DNA of 64,000 nucleotides, taken from Eledone cirrhosa. Lineage: Eukaryota. Under the pieces are notes generated by a model. The model was not told the DNA's origin and ran no database searches. It was given only the letters and a program-made list of their open reading frames with translations. The stretch spans positions 382,044,001 to 382,108,000 of the forward strand of contig OZ024740.1 in assembly GCA_964016885.1 (NCBI GenBank), read 5' to 3'. The position numbers and the translations under genes are program-made. Numbering within the stretch: position 1 is the first letter of the stretch; the number at the start of each line of letters is the position of its first letter. Shown piece by piece: positions 55,638 to 64,000 of this stretch.

Positions 55638-58194
55638 GGTATTAATGATACCTGTGGTGGTATCAGTGGCTTCGTAATCGTTTAGCTTGCTATTGCTCTT
55701 TAAGTGGCTTTCTGCTGATTGTATTTTCTCTGTTTATATTTTTGTATCACTTTTTCATTTTGTACCACACTGATTTTCAGGTATTTGATTTATATTCTCT
55801 CGTTATTATGCTGTATTATTCGATATATATTTTATTACACATTGATTTTCTACATATTAGTTATTAGTTACGTAACTAAGACTATTATTACACTTGTTCT
55901 TCATATCAAAGTTCTTATTTATTAGTGCTGATTTTGTTGCGAAGAATGTAATCCTTTTACTTAGTTGCATCTTTTGTTGTAATGTTTTTACTATTGTTTC
56001 GGTTGTTGTCAATAGAGTTTCCGTTTAATACCTGCTTCGCTTTAGTTTACCTTTCATTCTTCTAGGCTAATAAAGCAAGGTACCGGTCCAGTACTTGGGT
56101 CAGTTTAATGGACTACAACCTCTTTTCAAATATAATCTCGTTCTGATGTTAAAAATCAATATTGCTGCTCTTGAATGCCATGTTAGCATAGAAAGGTCTA
56201 TAAAAGCCATTGAATATGAAGGAATCGAAGAAGGAGAAGTAAATGATGACAATAACCATCATAATCGCCCAAGCACCAACACCACTAACAACAACAACAT
56301 ATTACCAGAAGAGTAGAAAGATGCCAGAATGAATTCCGTGCTTGTAAAATGCATCTAGTGGTAAAGCTGGCAAATATCAAAAAACAGTGAAACGTGGAAA
56401 ATAAAATTTAGCATCGCATGGAATATTTACCGAACAGCATTTAATGGAATACTATACGTCTTTTATACTGGAGACACTCTCGATATATAAAGCTTCTCCA
56501 ACAATAACATAGTATATCAAGCATGCCATATCAAAATGTAAATGTAAACATATGACACTGCAAGCCAAAGGAAATAAAATTAAATCTAAAGAAATCTACA
56601 AGAAATATTTTTTATACCCACTATTCTTATACCTATCTATGTCTCCACTAAGAAATTGATGAACGAATCACTCATGTTTTAGTCATCGTTTTAAATCTAT
56701 TCAAAGCAGTTAATATCCAAATGAAATGTCTAATGATAAATATTCATTAATACAGTAAAGAAATAAAAAGGAGTATAGGAATAAATAAATGTTTTGAAAT
56801 TTCTTACTACAAATTAACTAAAATCGAGTCATATATATTAGATAGTTAACCTCAAACCACTTTGTAATAAACAAAACTAATAAAATGTCACATACTCAAA
56901 GGAAGAAGGAAATTAGAAACAAGTTCTACAGATGGGTCAGTCTAATATTTAGAAAATGACTCAGCGAAAGAAGCAAGATAATAGGGATGCATAATCTAAC
57001 CATCACAATTATAAATCGTTGCTTTAACATCATGAATTATAAGTGACCAGAAGAGCTTAGATATAAAACCTAGCTGGCTAATCTAAATTGTGAAAGTCTC
57101 AAAAAATGTTGTTGATAGCGCCCTAAATATTCGCCAATTTTGCCAGACAGTGTCGCGGTAGCCTGATAATTCGCGTCCATAATGATAGTAAAATATCAAC
57201 AGACTGCTTTTTCAGCAACAGGACTGTGTAAAGATACTTATACAGTATGGTAGTGTTGGTAATGTTCAGGTATATCCACCGGGTGTTCACAACAGTTAGA
57301 GAATGAGTAGCAGATATCACAATCTCGGACTAAATTATAAACTGTCATTCTCTACGAAATTCCTTTTACATATGATAGTGCAATGAATGACATCACTACG
57401 AACGACGTCATGAAGCACCATGGAGAGTTTCTCCGTGATTTGAGACAACATTGTTCTGGCGATTGGCAAGAAAATGATAGAAAGCTTGTAACAATTATTA
57501 CAAGGACACGGGTACTGTCATCAAAGATTACAGTCAGATAAACGAGTCACTGGACAACGTAGAAGTTCATCTCTTTTCTTAGTAGCCTTATCTCATTGAT
57601 GCTAAGTTTAATTCTAGAATAGATAAATCTAGCTGAACTTTTAGAAGACTAAATTCAATGGTTTGGAAACAACGGGCTTTTACCATCCACAACATGCTAA
57701 GTAACCACCAAACTGCTGTCATATTAGCATGCTCCTCTATACCTCATGGATAGGAACAAGACGGCAAAATATGGTCCCCATCTGTCGTTCTAGACATTGT
57801 CCAGCCTGAATAATCCCCGTCATTACATACTCTGTTGCAAAAGAACATCGTCCGTAAATTTGGTCATATCTTTCACACCAGTAATATGTACATTCACAAG
57901 GAACACCTCCATAGAGTGGTTGCTACGGAGAAGAGAACAGCCGGTGGCCAGAGAAGTAATATTGAAAGATGTGTATATTTTCTGGGACAGCTTGCTCATA
58001 ATAAGCACCTATGTTGTCTCTCATATGTAAAGGCGCCAAATATTCAGAGCAGACATGCAAGGAAAAAATTAAATGTAAGTTCCACAAATCTGGATCATGT
58101 TGTATCTCGAATAACCCTACACACACACACACACACACACACATACAATCACACACACACACAGTCACACTCACACAATCACACACAGATAATA

Positions 58195-58237
<43 letters not shown>

Positions 58238-58653
58238 GATTGGTGCTATATATATGTATATAAAATTAGCGATGTATACATGAGTGTATGTATAGAATAT
58301 TTGGCAAAAACATACAGTATGTATACGGGGATGGAGTAGAGAGATAGATAGAAAATAAAAATTGAAAGGGTTAGTGTTGATATATGGGTGATTAATGCCT
58401 AGCAGGCTGATTGTTTTCTCTTAAAGGGCGTGATGTGACTATAGGTAGAGAATGTGAAGGAAAGGTTGGGAGATTTATGATGTTGATTTAATGACCAGTT
58501 GGTCAGTTGACAGTTAATAACAGCGGGATGCTGTGTAGTCAGTACATTAAAATCCGAGTGGGTCTGCTTGAATTCTATAAATATATATGTATATAGTTCG
58601 GATCTAGCTGTCGAAACGGCCGGAGCTCAGCCGTCGGGGTTCTGACTATTTTC

Positions 58654-58692
<39 letters not shown>

Positions 58693-58860
58693 CATTGTTA
58701 TACATGGGGAGCGTCATATTTGTGTAATAATATTGCCAGAATTAATAACAGAACACACTCACTGTTTGGTTCGTTTTCGCTTCTGTGTCTTTTATATCGG
58801 TTAATTTAATTTATTCGGTCATCAATGTTACCATTGACTGACCAACGGTCAAAAATACAG

Positions 58861-61035
58861 ATGGAACAACAGCAACCACCATAATAACAATAATAGCAAC
58901 ACACACAACTATGACGATAGATATAATTACAAACCCTTAGAGAAACTATTCTTCAATCCAGCTGACAAAACATATAAGATTGGTAATATCTATCCTACGA
59001 GGTTACCCTTTAATAAAAGGGTTTGTATACCACAACAGATAGATGACGAGACAGAGGCACAGTTCACCATAGCTAGAAATAAGATTAGACAAATAGTAGA
59101 CCGGTATACTAAGAAACAGAGCAAACCAGAGGTCCAAAACTTGGGAGGGAACCTGTAGAAGGCTTGGTTAGCCTCAAGCAGCGCACAAGGGATGGTGAGA
59201 TAGTATGTCTACGACGGATAAGTCTGGTAGGATGTCAATAGACAGCATGCGGAACTACATCAAGGCTATGCAAACCCACATCACCAACACGAGCGAAATT
59301 GCACAGCAAATACATGATGAGAGAGAGAAAATATCCTCAACGTTCACATGATGATGTGGACCGACATCCTAAAGCCAAGCAGACGCATTGCCAACAACTT
59401 CCAGGCATCTAACAATGGCATACCACCCTTGTATGGGCTCCGCAAAGACCATAAGACAGTCGACGACCCGACAACAGGACCACCAACAAGACCTGTATGC
59501 GGAGCAAATATAGCTAGCAACTACAGGATCTCCTACTTCCTCTCAATGGAATCAAGAGGTCCCCAGATGTATGTGACAGTACAGAGGACCTCCTCAGCAG
59601 AATCAGTGAGTGCAACAAAAACAAAAACCTATCCAACTGCATAATAGGCAGTATGGATGTGGTATCACTGTACCCATCCATTAACATTGATTTTGCTGTG
59701 GAAAAATGTGTGGAGATGATCAATGAGAGTGAGGTGGAGTTCTGCGACGTCGACACGGACGAACTGGGCCTCCTACTTAGGCTTACCTATGACACTGACT
59801 ACCTAGACAGCCATGACCATAGACGTTTCTGCCCCAGTAGACCCATAAGAGGTAGACTCCCCCCCCCATAACCTCAATGGCAAAAAAGACTCCCATGGGA
59901 AGGTGGATTGGGTGGACCAAAGTTATACGGACCCCCGAAACAATGATCAGGTAAGAAAAATGGTCGCACATGCAATAGGGGCTAGTATCAAAACTACCCT
60001 AAAGGGCCACATATTCAAATTCAACGAGAAGATCTACACCCAAAATGAGGGAGCAGCCATTGGCGTCAGTATAGCTGGTGACGTTGCCAAACTTTTTATG
60101 GTATGGTGGGAAAGGAGACTTAAAGATCTCCTTGATGAGAGCCCCATAGACCTCATCATGTACTCTCGTTACGTAGACGACATCAATATAGTAATAACGA
60201 CATCCCCACAAGAGAGTACTAACAAGTTTGATTTAGAAGATAGCACAATGGAAAGCATCCAGCAGATAGCTAATTCCATACAACAGATTATAACTGTAAC
60301 TATCGACTACCCTTCCAAACCCCCTAAACATAGACTACCTTTATTAGATACGGAAATCTGGATTAACACTATAGAGTATACGAAGGAGCTACGGAGAAGT
60401 AAAAGACCCTCATAGAACTGGACATGAAAGGAATTTGCCCATTATACAGGAGCAAATCATGGAATAGCTTAGATAGGACTAGACATAAGATAGGGAAAGC
60501 CACCTCATGATACGACAACCAGAGATACCAGAGTGTCATGTTTGTGGACGCTACCCCTGGAGGAAAATTAGCTAACCAGTGTAGAAAGGCCGTGAGAAAG
60601 ACCCACTTAAAGATTAAGGTGGTAGAAAAGCCATGAACCAGATTAGCATCCCTGATTAGCAAAACCTACCCTTTTAAGAAAACCCACTGTACTAATAGGA
60701 AATGTATTATATGTAAAGTAAACCCCCGGATAAACTGTAAAACTAGAAACGTAGTCTATAGCATAAGATGTACAGAGGGTACTTGCAGAAACATGACAAC
60801 AACATACATAGGCGAGACAGCTCGTAGCATAGGTGAAAGGATAGACCAACACTGGGGGGAACTAAAAGGACGAAAACACGGGTCAGTACTATACGAGCAT
60901 GCCAGACAACAACACGATGGTAATATAGACAACATAGAAATTAGAATAATATCTTTACATAGAAATGACCCAGCAGATAGGCAAATCAGAGAGGCCAGCG
61001 AAATAGAACTTAGAACGCCAAGGCTCAACAGATAA
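58861..61035 (+). pseudogene. Penelope-like RT / GIY-YIG ORF, multiply frameshifted
   Basis: PPLYGLRKDHK, GPPTRPVCGA, GSMDVVSLYPSI, QNEGAAIG, YSRYVDDI, LPLLDTEIW, VMFVDATPGG, CTNRKCIIC, RNVVYSIRC, YIGETARSIGERIDQH and RQIREA. Confidence 0.9.
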
Positions 61036-61335
61036 CATGAATGGAATAACAACAACACCCAAACAAATAATACTGACCTAAGAGAAGTATAAATAAATAG
61101 ATAAATAAATAAATACATACACAAGCACAATAACAACAAACACATAGAAACACACACTAGTAAACTAAGATAGGCTACAATAACAAATACACAGTCACCC
61201 AAACACGAACACGCATCAAACACTATACACACACGCAAACGCATGCGCAGAGAAGACAAACGAAAATAATAAATAAATAAATAGACTAAATAAAGATTGC
61301 GTAGGCATACAATACAACAGGAGGAAACATAATAG

Positions 61336-61380
61336 CCCCACTGATGATGTTGAAGATGTGCAACGAAAGAACTTTCTTAG
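61336..61380 (+). ncRNA. HHR motif in the PLE 3' pLTR
   Basis: cccca CTGATGAT gttg-aagatgtg-caac GAAA gaactttc. Homologous to the 14385-14428 motif; stems I and III are degenerate. Confidence 0.6.
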
Positions 61381-61719
61381 ACTATATATATGTGTTTGTG
61401 TCTATATTATATCTGTATTTTTGACCGTTGGTCAGTCAATGGTAACATTGAGGACCGAATAAATTATATAACCGATATAAAAGACACAGAAGCGAAAACC
61501 AGCCAAACAGTAAGTGTGTTCTGTTATTAATTCTGGCAATATTATTACACAAATATGACCCTCCCAAGTATAATAATATTTGTTTCGACACACGATTTCA
61601 TATAAAAAACCTCGCAAAACTATATATATATATATATATATAGTAATAATAATAAATGTGAAGTCTAAAATCCAAAGATGGCTCGATAAGGATAAATATA
61701 TATATATATATACGAAGCA

Positions 61720-62210
61720 TAGAGCAATGGGTTACTGAGAAGGGAGAAGGACAAGACAAAAAAAGAAAAAGAAGATTGATGTTACTTTTGAATGTTGGCA
61801 AATTGTATTGGTAAGGAAAGCACGGAGCCGGAAGAGCATACCAAAGACAAGATGCGTGAGAGAAGAAAGTATCAGAATGCAATTTGCAAATGCATGTAGT
61901 AGCTTCAACTGTAAATGTATGAGACTTAACCACCAATATATAAAGTGGCAGTAACAGACTAAGGCGATTCAGCAAAGTAAGGCTGGTTCCCAATAACAAA
62001 AATTGTTTTGCTATCGAAATAGAAAACAGTCTTCCCATGATGGTGATATAAGAGTTGATAGAAATAATACAGTAACGTGCAACTTCAAATGTTGTGAGTT
62101 GGTTCTTTTTTTTTTCATAATAGATTCAAATCTGTTCGGTGTTTGCTTTGGCTTCGAGGATAAACCATAAAATAAATCTCATTGAACTACCAGTAATATA
62201 TTGAGCGACA
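61720..62210 (-). mobile_element. CR1/Jockey-group LINE 3' remnant
   Basis: SHTFTVE...HSDTFFSHASCLWYALPAPCFPYQYNLPTFKSNIN matches the conserved SFF..T..LWNSLP...FP..YNL..FK ORF2 C-terminus. Confidence 0.65.
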
Positions 62211-63403
62211 CTGTTTCCATATCGTTTCTTTATCAAAATTGTTTGATCGGCTGACTCCCCTCATTCCCAATATCTCCATATAACGTGCAGGAATAAAAAC
62301 AGAAAAAATATATTTTTACTGCCTGAGAACGAACTTCATTGAAATAAACGCTTGAAAGCAAATAATAAACGTGATTACCACTAATGTCACTGAAGTGAAA
62401 CAGAAAAGTCAGTTTTCAGCCAACTGATAGTCACTAAAGAAAACTACTTTGGCCAATCCTATCAAAGATGTATATGAAGCTAAGGTAAATGTGACCCAAA
62501 AGTTCATTCAATATATTTATAGCAAGGTAATAAACTATGCATTTAAAAATATCAAGGATGGTACGCTACGGCTTGTATCAAATCCAGCGCACTAATACAT
62601 ATACATAAATACATGGTGCTTGTGTGTAGCACTCACATTTGAACACTCACACAGAGACATAATAAAGTGGAGCTTAAGTACACGCACATATAGACATACC
62701 CATATAGATGTTTATCTAGTCATTCTATATACATATATCTACTCAGACCTAATTTTGTATACACACATGTATGAATGAGTTTATGTGTATATATTTGAAT
62801 ATACGCAAGTATGTATGCCTGTGTATGCGGTTGTATGCATGCATGTGATTTTACATGAGTATAAGAGTGAATGTAAACGTATACATATGTTTGAATGTAA
62901 AGTTATATCTATCTATCGTATATACAAACACGCACACTCACAGATACACAGACGTACACACCCATACATTTACACATATTAAACAAGAACAAATGTAATG
63001 ATATGCATCCCCTCGCATACAAATATATACACGACTGATCCTGTACATATACATATTCTCACATATAAAACTTATTTCAAAGTAGTAGTACAACAGTTAA
63101 TACTGAGAGAATATCAACAACAAGAATAATAAAATACAATTTGAAGCAGCAGCTGCAATATAATAACAGCCTAAAACAAAACTCGGAAAGAAAACCCTTC
63201 TTGTAAGCGCTGATCAAGACGAAACGGAAGACTTCAAAGAGGAATTCAAGCACTTTACACACTTAACGGTCATTGTACTTTAAAGTAATGGAAAACAAGT
63301 CATGTTAAAGAAACCATAATGATAGGGAAACAAAAATTAGATCAATAGCATAAGCCAATTCCATCATTGGCACAAGTACCAAGTTGAATACGGATACCCG
63401 AAT

Positions 63404-63505
63404 CGTCGTCATCATCATCATCATCATCATAACATTCATTCTCCTCATTCTCATCAACATCAAGATCTTCTTCTTCTTCTTCTTCTTCTTCTTCTTCTTC
63501 TTCTT
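63404..63505. repeat. Compound (CAT)n/(CTT)n trinucleotide repeat
   Basis: Directly visible. Confidence 0.9.
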
Positions 63506-64000
63506 GTCAAAGTCATCGTCAGCAACAACATCAAAAATTGACGTAGTGTTTGATTACTCTGTTGTCCGTCTTTTTCTTAAACAAGTTACAGAATCGCGTA
63601 TATTTTGACACTTCACTGGCAACGTAGAGTGAAATATATACAAAATCTTAGTATACGCCAAAGAGAAAAGACGATTCTATCACAATTAACATAGCTACAT
63701 ACGTATATCCACACAGAAGCTCATATATAGATGTTAAAGTCATTATGAGGATTGTAATAGTTGGCGGCAATTATACATCTTCTATATATTAACTGACACC
63801 CGTCGATATTCTACGGTTTACTTCGAAACAACCACTAATATTAGTAAACAATACGGTGAATGTATAATTTATAAGTTATATATATATAATTATAGTAAGA
63901 GAATTAATATTGTTTCTTAATTTCAGATACTGCAGTTAAAGATAAAATGAGACCGGAATTATTTTGTATTAGTTAGTTTGGTTTCAATTACCCTACTGAG

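Larger units (their letters stand above)
58695..61620 (+). mobile_element. Penelope-like element with inverted 5' pLTR
   Basis: 58695-58862 is the reverse complement of about 61409-61578. RT and GIY-YIG remnants lie between, with an HHR in the 3' pLTR and (TA)n on both sides. Confidence 0.9.

Noticed and set aside
57383-58100. Short protein-like ORFs on both strands
   Set aside because: No recognisable domain or consistent splice structure.

Overview
AT-rich eukaryotic, mostly non-coding DNA. The microsatellite load and the SINE sequences resemble octopod (cephalopod) genomes; this is an inference. No intact, identifiable cellular gene is visible, only a few candidate plus-strand exons. The window is dominated by decayed transposons: a Helitron, a Chapaev3-like CMC element, a Tc1 IR/DR element, a hAT-type TIR element, RTE-, L1/Tx1- and CR1-like LINE fragments, three SINE copies, and at least three Penelope-like elements (PLEs; RT plus C-terminal GIY-YIG). 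The most notable signal is a set of at least six unrelated small (about 320-630 bp) non-coding repeat families. They sit in (TA)n tracts as partial tandems, fold-back palindromes or circularly permuted copies. Most carry type I hammerhead ribozyme (HHR) motifs (CUGANGA / GAAA / NUH, often with a palindromic stem III). This points to a retrozyme-like system of self-cleaving, probably circular RNAs mobilised in trans by the resident PLEs. All motifs were read by eye, and boundaries are approximate unless termini are quoted.
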